This document shows, piece by piece, positions 1 to 8,656 of a DNA stretch of 64,000 bases. Position 1 is the first letter of the stretch. Each line of letters opens with the position of its first letter. The position numbers and the translations under genes are program-made. The notes beneath the pieces were generated by a model. It was not told the DNA's origin, did not search any database, and saw only the letters and a program-made list of their open reading frames with translations. The stretch spans positions 109,253 through 173,252 of the forward strand of contig JBAWZA010000001.1 of assembly GCA_037143335.1 (NCBI GenBank), read 5' to 3'. The DNA comes from a bacterium (GTDB lineage: Bacteria > Bacteroidota > Ignavibacteria > Palsa-1295).

Positions 1-112
1 ATCAGCTTGTCGCCCTGAGACAGCATGAAGCATTTGATGAGATAATTTTGTTCAAACCCTAAGAATCAGTGGCGAAGACTCCTAGTCCGTTCCACTTATG
101 TAGAATTTTAGA

Positions 113-946
113 ATGCGTTTAGATTACACCGATCCAGAGTCACTTGTTCATATCGTCGAAGCAATCGTCTTTGCTACCGACGAGCCTCTTTCTGCGCAAG
201 AAATTCGCTCGCTGATCTTGGATGAACAGATCGTCAAAACAGAAGTTGGCGCTGAAGCCACCCCTGATGCAGCACTCGGAGCAGAGCTTGAACCGACTGC
301 AACCGAAGCACCGAAGCGCAAGAAAGCAAATCCGCTTGAGCCATCCATCATCAAAGATGCAATCAGGTTGCTCAATGCTCGGTACGAAGAAACGGGCAGA
401 GTTTTTCATATCATCGAAATAGCAGGCGGTTATCAATTTGCAACAAAGTCTGATGTTGCGCTCTATGTCTCGCGATTATATAAAGACCGTTCGCGCAGAA
501 GACTCTCCGGCGCATCGCTTGAGACACTTTCGATCGTTGCATATAAACAGCCTGTTTCAAAGTCGGATATTGAAAATATCAGAGGCGTCAATTGCGATGA
601 AGTGATTAAATCGCTCCTCGAAAAAAATCTTATTACCATCACTGGCAGATCAGAGAGCGTCGGGAGACCGCTCCTTTATGGCACGACACAGGACTTCCTG
701 CGTCATTTTGGTTTAGGTTCTATGCGCGATTTGCCGAAACCTCGCGAGATAGAAGAACTCTTGAAAGAAGAATCGGTAAAAGCAACAACACTCGAAGAAG
801 CAGCAAACGAATTTGTAGATCAAAATGGCCAAGAAGATTCAGTTACCATTGACGAAGTCATCGCCGTCGCCAAGGAAGAGCAATCCGAAGGGCTTACCGA
901 AGAAGAAGCTGACCTTATCGCCGACTACCGGAACGGCTCCGCGTAA
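113..946 (+). CDS. scpB: Segregation and condensation protein B (ScpB)
   Basis: The N-terminal motif (LVHIVEAIVFATDEPLS...IRSL) and later YQF/TK and RGV..DE segments are characteristic of ScpB winged-helix pairs. The acidic C-terminal tail is typical. Confidence 0.88.
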   Translation: MRLDYTDPESLVHIVEAIVFATDEPLSAQEIRSLILDEQIVKTEVGAEATPDAALGAELEPTATEAPKRKKANPLEPSIIKDAIRLLNARYEETGRVFHIIEIAGGYQFATKSDVALYVSRLYKDRSRRRLSGASLETLSIVAYKQPVSKSDIENIRGVNCDEVIKSLLEKNLITITGRSESVGRPLLYGTTQDFLRHFGLGSMRDLPKPREIEELLKEESVKATTLEEAANEFVDQNGQEDSVTIDEVIAVAKEEQSEGLTEEEADLIADYRNGSA

Positions 947-2192
947 AACTTTTTCTCGTTCGAATGATCGTCCGATCAGACGTAGCTCAGATTCACGTCC
1001 GAGGGATGCTTCGGCAGGTCCGCGAAAGAAAATCGACTTGCCACAAAGCTCCGAACCGTTTCGCCGTCCCGTAGGCAGACCACGCCGAGATGATTCAAGT
1101 GCGCCAAGTTTTCGCGCAAGACCAGCTTTTGGCGGGCGACCAAGATCAGATTCGCCTCGCTCGTCATCAGCACGACCTTTTCCAGCAAGGGGTTCTTCAT
1201 CAAGACCAGGCTCGTCGAGACCATCGTCATCGAGGCCGTTTTCATCTCGTCCACCATCATCACGCCCTTCGCGTCCATTTTCACCGCGAACAAGCGATAG
1301 CACAACTCCTCGGAAGCGGATAACGCTTGCACCTACAACTGGCAAAAGCTTTGATGCAAAACCGCGACCAATCAGAAAAACATCTAGCGGTGGAGTTGTA
1401 AAACCTTCGCTAAAAAATAAAGTCATCACCGCGGCGAAGCCGGTAAAAGATACCGTTCGATTGAATCGCTTCATTGCGTCGGCAGGAATTGCTGCCCGAA
1501 GAAAGGCAGATGAACTCATTACTCGCGGAAAAGTAACAGTCAATGGCAAAGTAATTCGCGAGCTTGGTGTCCAAGTGAATCCAAATACCGATCTTGTCAC
1601 CGTTGATGGTATGACCATCTCGATGAAGACGAAGTTTATTTATCTGCTCTTGAATAAACCGAAGGATACGATCACGACTGTCAAAGATGAGATCGATAGA
1701 AATACGGTCATGAATTATGTGGATACTCACGAGCGAGTCTATCCCGTCGGCAGGCTCGATAGAAATACTACCGGAGTCTTGCTCCTCACCAACGATGGCG
1801 ACCTCACGCAACGCCTCACGCATCCAAGTTACGAGATCAGGAGAGAGTATCACGTCACGCTCGATAAACCGCTGAAAAAAGATGACGCGCAAAAAATTGC
1901 TGTTGGCGGAATTGATCTTGGCGATGGCGAGATCTCTCCAGCAGTCCACCTTGCTTACGCCGAGCGTGACGCCAAAGATGTCATGCTCACGCTTCGTGAA
2001 GGCAAGTACCGCGAAGTCCGCAGAATTTTCGAAACCACAGGCTATGACGTTCGCAAACTTGATCGCACCATGTTCGCCGGTATCACCCACCGAGGCATGA
2101 AGCGCGGCGAGTCCAGAGTTCTAACCCCAAGAGAAGTGCGAGAGTTAAAAAAGATGGTCGGGCTTGATGTAGGGGAGAAGTTTGATTATTAG
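825..2192 (+). CDS. rluB: 23S rRNA pseudouridine synthase, RluB/RsuA family, with S4 domain; long Arg/Ser/Pro-rich N-terminal extension
   Basis: There is an S4 RNA-binding segment (RLNRFIASAGIAARRKADELITRGKVTVNGK). The catalytic motif VYPVGRLDRNTTGVLLLTNDGDL matches the RsuA/RluB family. The ATG at 825 overlaps scpB by 122 nt, and the true start may be downstream (for example TTG near 1038). Confidence 0.85.
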   Translation: MAKKIQLPLTKSSPSPRKSNPKGLPKKKLTLSPTTGTAPRKTFSRSNDRPIRRSSDSRPRDASAGPRKKIDLPQSSEPFRRPVGRPRRDDSSAPSFRARPAFGGRPRSDSPRSSSARPFPARGSSSRPGSSRPSSSRPFSSRPPSSRPSRPFSPRTSDSTTPRKRITLAPTTGKSFDAKPRPIRKTSSGGVVKPSLKNKVITAAKPVKDTVRLNRFIASAGIAARRKADELITRGKVTVNGKVIRELGVQVNPNTDLVTVDGMTISMKTKFIYLLLNKPKDTITTVKDEIDRNTVMNYVDTHERVYPVGRLDRNTTGVLLLTNDGDLTQRLTHPSYEIRREYHVTLDKPLKKDDAQKIAVGGIDLGDGEISPAVHLAYAERDAKDVMLTLREGKYREVRRIFETTGYDVRKLDRTMFAGITHRGMKRGESRVLTPREVRELKKMVGLDVGEKFDY

Positions 2193-2209
2193 ATTTTATG
2201 ATACTAAAA

Positions 2210-2623
2210 TCACTCGGAATGAGCTTCAATAAACTCCGAAGGACTGATAATATTTATACCACGATAGGGATTCATATCTAAAAGATCACCATCGCCGCTG
2301 ATGATAAGGGTTGCTCTACCATCAATGGCAAGTTCGAGAAATTTGTTATCCTTCGCATCGGGACAATCGGTAATCCGAGAAGTTGTTTCGATTTCAACAG
2401 CCATTACGATTAGACGACGAAAAAAATAGATACGATCCTGGACATGTACATATTTGTCTAACTTTGGACGAAGAAGTACTTCCTCAATTTCTTTCACTGT
2501 CTCCGGAGAAATCAAAAGAATAGAGTGGGAGTAAATATGATTAATAACTTTTCGGGGAGTTGAATGTTTCTTGAGCGTGGCGCTTACAATAACATTCGTA
2601 TCGACAACTATACGTTCAGGCAT
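2210..2623 (-). CDS. PIN-domain toxin of a type II toxin-antitoxin pair (putative TA-system PIN family)
   Basis: The N-terminal VVDTNVIVSA motif and the C-terminal segment DCPDAKDNKFLELAIDGRATLIISGDGDLL...GINIISPSEF are hallmarks of the PIN_3 / 'putative toxin-antitoxin system toxin component' family. The ATG at 2623 gives MPERIVVDTN. Confidence 0.8.
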   Translation of the reverse strand: MPERIVVDTNVIVSATLKKHSTPRKVINHIYSHSILLISPETVKEIEEVLLRPKLDKYVHVQDRIYFFRRLIVMAVEIETTSRITDCPDAKDNKFLELAIDGRATLIISGDGDLLDMNPYRGINIISPSEFIEAHSE

Positions 2624-2858
2624 CTTCGGCAAGAATTTCCTTCAGAATTTCGTCCGTCAATCCTTGCTTCTCTGCATAATCGCTCATCCGATCCATTACC
2701 TCTAGTAACGAGGGAGTATCCTTTTCCCGACTGCGTTCTTTCATGAGAATAGAAAAGAACGTTCCGAGTTTCATTTTCTCCTCCTTCGACGCGGACTGGT
2801 ATGCTAATGCTGCCGAAGCATCAACTCGAAGAGTTATATTTTGCGTATTTCCTTGCAT
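2616..2858 (-). CDS. Putative antitoxin (ribbon-helix-helix-like) cognate to the PIN toxin
   Basis: This is a small ORF directly upstream of the PIN gene on the same strand, with an 8-nt overlap. A beta-strand-like NITLRVD is followed by helical segments. The start was chosen at the internal Met (MQGNTQNITL). Confidence 0.5.
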   Translation of the reverse strand: MQGNTQNITLRVDASAALAYQSASKEEKMKLGTFFSILMKERSREKDTPSLLEVMDRMSDYAEKQGLTDEILKEILAEDA

Positions 2859-2894
2859 ACAATTCCTAACAAAAGTCCAGTTGTAATGTTTCCT

Positions 2895-3001
2895 CCCACC
2901 GAGGCATGAAACGCGGCGAGACCAGGGTCCTAACCCCAAGAGAAGTGCGGGAGTTGAAGTGGTTGGTGGGGCTGGATGTGGGGAGAAGTTTGATTATGAA
3001 A
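2895..3001 (+). pseudogene. Orphan duplicated fragment of the rluB 3' end (last ~35 codons), ~86% identical to 2086-2192
   Basis: The translated fragment (MKRGETRVLTPREVRELKWLVGLDVG) mirrors the RluB C-terminus (MKRGESRVLTPREVRELKKMVGLDVGEKFDY). No upstream catalytic domain is present. Confidence 0.65.
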
Positions 3002-3130
3002 CGATTAATGTTCCACTTAACAGATCAGAATAGGTTGAATGATGTGATGAAAGTTATCTCTGGTGAACATTGTTTATCTATACTGCAAATTACTGAAAAG
3101 AGATTTCACCGTTGTATCTAACCGTGCAGC

Positions 3131-4036
3131 TTATTTAACTTTAGCGAGCTTCCCGACTTTTTTCTCGATTGAAAGGATATTCTTTTCGAGGGAATCAAAC
3201 TTCTTTTTCATCTCTCTTTCAATTCTGGGGCGTGTACCTTTTTCATAACCGTAGGGAAAAGTTTTCTTAAATAGTTCAATACTACTTTGAACTAGCTTTT
3301 CGACTCCCTCGACCTTATCCTTTAAGGATGCAATTTCATGAATGTGCTTATCTAATTTTTCCTCAGTGAACTTAAACATGTTATCATTTTGCTTCAAAAT
3401 ATCTGCGTCTTGATATTGGTCATACCGCTCGACACCAATCTTCTTCCATCCACCGTCTTGCTTATTCTGTACACTACCACCGAACATACTTATAAGAAGT
3501 GCTTCAAGCAGATGTACTTCAGATGTAAAAGAAATCCCACTTGAGCCTCGGCCTATCGTCTTTCCCAATTCTTTTGTTTTACCCACTTTGCAAAAACCAA
3601 ACCACGAGAATTTATCCCATTTGTTCGCCAAATCATCAATATGGTGTTCCTTAAGTCTATCTCCTAAAACGCGTGCAGTAGGATCCTTCAAAGCTTCCTT
3701 CGGCTTTTTATCTGTGTTGGACTTTATCCCTATCTGGCCTACATAGATAGGCGAATAATTTTTGTATAGGACATAGATCCCTTTTTGGCCCCAGAAGTTT
3801 GGCAAACTATCAGCGTTGGGTGTCTTTCTTGCTTTATACTGATGGATTCTCCGTATCCCGAGAAGTTTTTTCCCGTTCCAATCGACGTATTCGGTTGACC
3901 AAAACAGTCCGAAATTTTGAACGTGCACACCAGATTTTACTGACTTATTACTTTTCTTGGGTTTTTGGGGCATATTAATAGAGACACGAAAATAATAGGA
4001 CATCACCGTTTCAAAGATAATTCCAATTACCTTCAC
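3131..4036 (-). CDS. GIY-YIG nuclease-domain protein with C-terminal coiled-coil region
   Basis: It has a GIYVLYKNYSPIYVGQ motif followed by conserved Arg/His (RLKEHH), Glu (LEALL) and Asn positions. The C-terminus is Lys/Glu-rich and heptad-like. Its GTG start overlaps the stop of the upstream AlbA_2 gene (GTGA). Confidence 0.72.
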   Translation of the reverse strand: MKVIGIIFETVMSYYFRVSINMPQKPKKSNKSVKSGVHVQNFGLFWSTEYVDWNGKKLLGIRRIHQYKARKTPNADSLPNFWGQKGIYVLYKNYSPIYVGQIGIKSNTDKKPKEALKDPTARVLGDRLKEHHIDDLANKWDKFSWFGFCKVGKTKELGKTIGRGSSGISFTSEVHLLEALLISMFGGSVQNKQDGGWKKIGVERYDQYQDADILKQNDNMFKFTEEKLDKHIHEIASLKDKVEGVEKLVQSSIELFKKTFPYGYEKGTRPRIEREMKKKFDSLEKNILSIEKKVGKLAKVK

Positions 4037-4743
4037 TCCCCCAACGTAAAATACTCTGGCGTCTCGGTATTGTGAAGTAAGATGGTCCCGGCGCGGACGA
4101 GGTCAACAAGAATTTTTGATGCGCGGCGGCGCGAGATGTTGACGAGGTCGGCGAATTCTTGAACCGTTATTTTCCCGTACTCTTCGAGATACTCGAAGAG
4201 TGTGCGCTCGTTGAATCCAATTGCAATTCGTAATGGCGGTGCGTCGGGTTGATTTGCGCGCATGACGTTCATCACTTCTTTCGAGGCTTGCATGGATTTA
4301 TCTTTGACTCTGACAAATCCGATGCGCGTCCCATTCGTCACCCTTCTTCCAGATGAATCATACTCAACAAGTGTGTGAGGCTTATGCGAACTTTGCTCGA
4401 CAGTTACGGCGATGATATCTGTATGACCGCCGAACGGAATAATATCGCACCGAATATCAATCGGAGGTTCGCAAAGGAATTGACTTACGTGTTCGATCTC
4501 ACTAATTTCCGATTTCTCGCTATCCAAACCATACACGCTTCCATCATCGTCAACCCCAAAAAGAATCGTCCCGCCTCTCGTATTTGCGAAAGCGATCATC
4601 TCTTTTGCAATTTTCTCAGGGGAGGAAAAATGTCTCTTAAATTCAACTTTCAATCCTTCGCCCTCAGCGATGAGCGCTATCGCGTCTTTGCGAGTCACTC
4701 GTTTGCCTGATGTGAGTTTCTCATCTAAAAATCCTTCGTACAT
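4033..4743 (-). CDS. AlbA_2 (Schlafen-like, 'divergent AAA/RecG-like') domain protein with C-terminal winged HTH
   Basis: The N-terminal segment (EGEGLKVEFKRHFSSPEKIAKEMIAFANTRGGTILFGVDDDGSVYGL) is typical of the PF04326 AlbA_2 family. The C-terminal segment LFEYLEEYGKITVQEFADLVNISRRRASKILVDLV looks like a wHTH. Confidence 0.72.
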   Translation of the reverse strand: MYEGFLDEKLTSGKRVTRKDAIALIAEGEGLKVEFKRHFSSPEKIAKEMIAFANTRGGTILFGVDDDGSVYGLDSEKSEISEIEHVSQFLCEPPIDIRCDIIPFGGHTDIIAVTVEQSSHKPHTLVEYDSSGRRVTNGTRIGFVRVKDKSMQASKEVMNVMRANQPDAPPLRIAIGFNERTLFEYLEEYGKITVQEFADLVNISRRRASKILVDLVRAGTILLHNTETPEYFTLGE

Positions 4744-5633
4744 ACAAACACTTTTTCTTTCGTGAGCACGTAAAAATCTTTTTTATATACGCACAATGCA
4801 ACTACTGGCTTCACTTCCTCTGGTAAAAGTATTCTGCCTTGATTCGAGAGGTCGGTGGCATTGTAGGCTCGGATAAAGCTCAACTCAGGATCAACGACAT
4901 AAAGAATCTGCCCTGATAGGCAAAGCCTGATGGTCTCTGCATGATCGCACTGAACGTCATGAATGGGGAAGAGGGCACTACTGAGCAAAATAATTCTCTT
5001 CGAAGCGGCATCGGCAAGTATTATGCTTTCATCCGTAGTGGTTGCGATAGCGGAGGGGTTCATGCTTAGATCAGAAGTCAATCCGGAGTTGCTTATCCAT
5101 TCCTGACTCCCTGAAGCTGGGCTTATCCGAAGCGCACGTTTATTTTCTCCGTCAATGATAGAATAATTTCCTGATGCACTCACAGATACACCTGAAGGAT
5201 ATCCAAACTTTATTTTTGAATCGCCGTTATGACCGTTGATGGTCGTCTGCCATGTGAGATTACGCGAGTAAATTTCGATGCGATGATTATTCTTGTCGCT
5301 AACCGCAATGGAATTTGTGAGAGATGCATCAATATCAATTGGTGAGTCGAATTCGTTATGCGCATTTCCGAATCCGACCACCGAGGTAATTAGTTTTCCC
5401 GTATCATCGAACTGAAATACACCAGGCGCATTTCTATCAACGACATACACTTCGCCGAATGCGTTAATACTTATGCTACGTGCATCAGCAAAATGTCCGA
5501 ATGATTTCTGGACATGAAGTGAGCCAAGAAGGGTATCTCGCACGACCTTTGAGATTTGAGTACGAGGGGCTGAGCACGAGGTGCAAACTAGGAGACTAAA
5601 AACTAAACTGCACAGCAAGCCGCCACGGCTCAT
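4725..5633 (-). CDS. NHL/beta-propeller repeat lipoprotein
   Basis: It has a lipoprotein-type signal (LLCSLVFSLLVCTSCS). Repeated segments (AFGEVYVVDRNAPGVFQFD / IAVSDKNNHRIEIYS) are NHL-like. The start is uncertain. Confidence 0.55.
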   Translation of the reverse strand: MSRGGLLCSLVFSLLVCTSCSAPRTQISKVVRDTLLGSLHVQKSFGHFADARSISINAFGEVYVVDRNAPGVFQFDDTGKLITSVVGFGNAHNEFDSPIDIDASLTNSIAVSDKNNHRIEIYSRNLTWQTTINGHNGDSKIKFGYPSGVSVSASGNYSIIDGENKRALRISPASGSQEWISNSGLTSDLSMNPSAIATTTDESIILADAASKRIILLSSALFPIHDVQCDHAETIRLCLSGQILYVVDPELSFIRAYNATDLSNQGRILLPEEVKPVVALCVYKKDFYVLTKEKVFVCTKDF

Positions 5634-6123
5634 GGTGATTCGCAGGTGGTGAAATGTATGCGCCTTGTGGTTCGGAAACATCAAAGTCAAATAAGTGAGC
5701 CGAAATATACGCATCAATCAGGTTCGCCATATAAAAAAGTCCGGCATAGATATACCATTTGTCCCGGTCGTCATGATAAAACTCACGTTGGTTAGTGTAA
5801 AGAGAGGCGCGAAAGGTATCACCGCGGGCAGTTTGATTTTTCACGGAATCTACATCGGCTTGGTATCTGCCGTTCTGCACTGAAGCAGCATAGAAGCAGC
5901 CGACGATTGCACCTAAAAGAAAAGGAGCCTTATACCAACCGCCTGTATAAATTTGTCCAGCACCGGGTACGATTCCGCTGAGCACCAATGCAACCGTCGG
6001 AGAGCGTTGCATCTGAAAATGGGAAGTGTCAGCGTTTTTTTTCTTAGACGAATCTCGGAATTGTGCAACAGATGAGTTTGCAACAAAGAAGCTGAAGAGC
6101 AAAATAAAAAGGATGCGAATCAT
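5596..6123 (-). CDS. DUF5683-like membrane/outer-membrane-associated protein
   Basis: It has a signal peptide and the segment SGIVPGAGQIYTGGWYKAPFLLGA, typical of the DUF5683 family common in FCB-group bacteria. Confidence 0.5.
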   Translation of the reverse strand: MIRILFILLFSFFVANSSVAQFRDSSKKKNADTSHFQMQRSPTVALVLSGIVPGAGQIYTGGWYKAPFLLGAIVGCFYAASVQNGRYQADVDSVKNQTARGDTFRASLYTNQREFYHDDRDKWYIYAGLFYMANLIDAYISAHLFDFDVSEPQGAYISPPANHHEPWRLAVQFSF

Positions 6124-6126
6124 GGA

Positions 6127-6504
6127 TCAGAGGACTCGTGCTATACATTCGATTTCAATTCTTCCGCCCTTTGGCAATGCACTTACTGCGACGGTGCTAC
6201 GAGCAGGCTTTGCATCTCCGAGGCGAGCACCATAAATTTCATTTACCTTCGCGAAGTCATTCATATCCGTCAGGAAGATTGTTGTCTTGATGATGGATGA
6301 GAAATTCGCACCACCTGCGGTGAGAAGTGCCTCAACGTTCGTGAGTACTTGATGCGCCTCCTCTTCGATGGAGCCTGCCAGCATTACTCCCGTTTTCGGG
6401 TCAAGTGCAATCTGCCCAGAGCAGAATAGCAAGTTGCCTTCGAGGATGGCTTGCGAATAAGGTCCAATAGGAGCGGGTGCGTTTGGGGATAAAATTATTT
6501 CCAT
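6127..6504 (-). CDS. ridA: RidA/YjgF family reactive-intermediate deaminase
   Basis: APAPIGPYSQA...TTIFLTDMNDFAKVNEIY...RSTVAVSALPKGGRIEIE matches the RidA signature. Confidence 0.85.
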   Translation of the reverse strand: MEIILSPNAPAPIGPYSQAILEGNLLFCSGQIALDPKTGVMLAGSIEEEAHQVLTNVEALLTAGGANFSSIIKTTIFLTDMNDFAKVNEIYGARLGDAKPARSTVAVSALPKGGRIEIECIARVL

Positions 6505-7460
6505 TAAAGTACTTCTTGTATATTCAGTAGCATCTCAGTAATGCGTTCGAGATCATCACTTGAGTAAAATTCGATTGCGATCTCGCCTCTCTCATGTTGT
6601 TTTTGGCGAATGTGTACTTGCGTTGCAAGTTTTTGCTTCAGACTATTTTCGAGCGGAATTAATTCCTCATTCACTTCATCCGCCTCAGTAACGGGCTTCA
6701 TCGGTCTGCCCGATTTCTTACGCGGAGCAGTACCGTTTGTAACATGCGTATCCGAGGCGGCTTTCCTGGCGAGTTCTTCTAACTTGCGGACGGATGACCC
6801 TTCACGAACAGCAGAGCGCCAAACCACAATTTGATGCGCTGCGTCTGGAATTCCCATAATCGCTTTCGCATGCCCCATGCCAAGCTCGCCCTTGCGGAGC
6901 GATTCCTGAATTTCGTCAGGCAATTTCAGGAGTCTCAAGAAATTTGATACTGTGGTACGGTCTTTAGCAATACGATCAGCGACTTCATCTTGACGCAATC
7001 CGCACTCTTGAATGAGTCGTTGATAGGATTCTGCTTCTTCGATAGGATTTAAGTCTTCGCGCTGAACATTCTCGACGATAGCGAGTTCGAGCATCTTCCG
7101 ATCACTCGGTACGTCAATAACGAATGCGGGAATTTCCTGCAGGCCAACAACACGTGAGGCGCGGACGCGCCTTTCACCCGATACTAATTGATAAGACCCA
7201 CCAGAAATTTTGCGAAGCGTAACGGGCTGAATAATCCCATGCTCACGGATAGACTCGACAAGCTCTTGCAGAGCTTCGGTGGTAAAATCCTTACGTGGCT
7301 GAAATGGATTTGCGGAAATGCGGTCGAGGCTGACAAATGCCGTTCCCTCGAATGTACCTCCAAGCTGGGCAACCTCTTGAGCGACTTCCGTTGCCGTGGT
7401 TTCCGCTCCGGGTATCAATGCTCCCAGACCTCGTCCTAACGTAAATTTACTTTTCGACAT
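6504..7460 (-). CDS. parB: Chromosome partitioning protein ParB/Spo0J
   Basis: The N-terminal LGRGLGALIP and the ParB box (QPVTLRK...YQLVSGERRVRAS) are present. The gene is adjacent to parA. Confidence 0.9.
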   Translation of the reverse strand: MSKSKFTLGRGLGALIPGAETTATEVAQEVAQLGGTFEGTAFVSLDRISANPFQPRKDFTTEALQELVESIREHGIIQPVTLRKISGGSYQLVSGERRVRASRVVGLQEIPAFVIDVPSDRKMLELAIVENVQREDLNPIEEAESYQRLIQECGLRQDEVADRIAKDRTTVSNFLRLLKLPDEIQESLRKGELGMGHAKAIMGIPDAAHQIVVWRSAVREGSSVRKLEELARKAASDTHVTNGTAPRKKSGRPMKPVTEADEVNEELIPLENSLKQKLATQVHIRQKQHERGEIAIEFYSSDDLERITEMLLNIQEVL

Positions 7461-7535
7461 AACACAACATCAATCTTAAGTCGTCGGAATAATCAACCGA
7501 CATTTGTTATGGACTTCACAGATCACATCGTCCAT

Positions 7536-8315
7536 TTATGTTTTCTTAATTTTCGGGTTCCGTGCAATCACTTCCTTCGATAGGTCCAAATAATTATGAG
7601 CGCCTGTGCTCCATGGGTCATAGATCACGACTGGTTGACCGAAGCTGGGAGCTTCGGATAGTCTTACATTTCTTGATATGACGGTCTTAAAAACTTTATT
7701 ATCAAAATATCTTTGAACTTCACCGACAACTTGGTTCGATAACCTGAGCCTGCTGTCAAACATCGTTAGCAGCACGCCCTCAATGTCAAGACTTGCATTC
7801 AAATGCTTCTTGACGATATTGATGGTATTCAATAACTGCCCTAATCCTTCGAGTGCATAGTACTCGCACTGCACTGGGATGAGCACGCTATCAGCCGCAG
7901 AAAGAGCGTTGAGTGTGAGCAGTGAGAGAGACGGCGGGCAATCTATGATGATGTAATCATAGACAGATTTGAGTGGCACGAGTGCGCGCTTCATTACGCG
8001 TTCACGATCGCTCACGTCAATGAGTTCGATCTCAGCTCCGACAAGATTTATGTGAGAAGGGAGTAGCGAAAGGCGCTCGACCTTCGTCTCGATAATGGCA
8101 TCCTGAGCCTTCATCGAATTCACCAAAACTTCATAAATGGTCTTCGAGAGTGGTTTTGGGTCAATTCCCAATCCGCTTGTCGCATTTGCTTGCGAATCAA
8201 TATCTACCAGGAGCGTCCGAAAGCCAGCAAGAGCGAGCGAGGCAGCAAGGTTCACAGCAGTCGTCGTTTTCCCGACTCCGCCCTTCTGATTTGCTATTGC
8301 GATTATCTTTCCCAC
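7536..8315 (-). CDS. parA: Chromosome partitioning ATPase ParA/Soj
   Basis: The deviant Walker A motif [18 protein letters not shown] is present. Confidence 0.9.
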   Translation of the reverse strand: MGKIIAIANQKGGVGKTTTAVNLAASLALAGFRTLLVDIDSQANATSGLGIDPKPLSKTIYEVLVNSMKAQDAIIETKVERLSLLPSHINLVGAEIELIDVSDRERVMKRALVPLKSVYDYIIIDCPPSLSLLTLNALSAADSVLIPVQCEYYALEGLGQLLNTINIVKKHLNASLDIEGVLLTMFDSRLRLSNQVVGEVQRYFDNKVFKTVISRNVRLSEAPSFGQPVVIYDPWSTGAHNYLDLSKEVIARNPKIKKT

Positions 8316-8656
8316 TCGATGTGATTTTCCCTGTTTATTTTTTTGAAGTCAGGGTATAACGATAAAGTATGCCGAAAAATTAAACATGACGATGGAATTG
8401 TGGTATTCATTTATGGGACACCTAAGTCACTGACTTCCTGTTGCATTTTTTCATCCGATAACCGAAATGAAGTATTTTTTACTGCTTCTAATAAATAATA
8501 GAAGTATTCATCGCCAACAAATCTTCCGCACAATGGGAGCAGGCGAGTGTTGCTTCGGCGTCGCCGATATACGGTATCAAACAAATTCAAGACAAAGTCC
8601 TCGCATACGGCGAGGGAGGATTATTCATCTCGACTGATCGAGGAGATCATTGGAAA

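Noticed and set aside
1-112. Possible 3' end of an upstream scpA gene (the first reading frame ends at the TGA at 16-18).
   Set aside because: Only 5 codons are visible, which is insufficient to call.
839-2090. Several minus-strand ORFs (839-1618, 976-1332, 1410-2090) inside rluB.
   Set aside because: They are antisense to a gene with clear S4 and pseudouridine-synthase motifs. They are Arg/Gly-rich artefacts of the Ser/Arg/Pro-rich sense strand.
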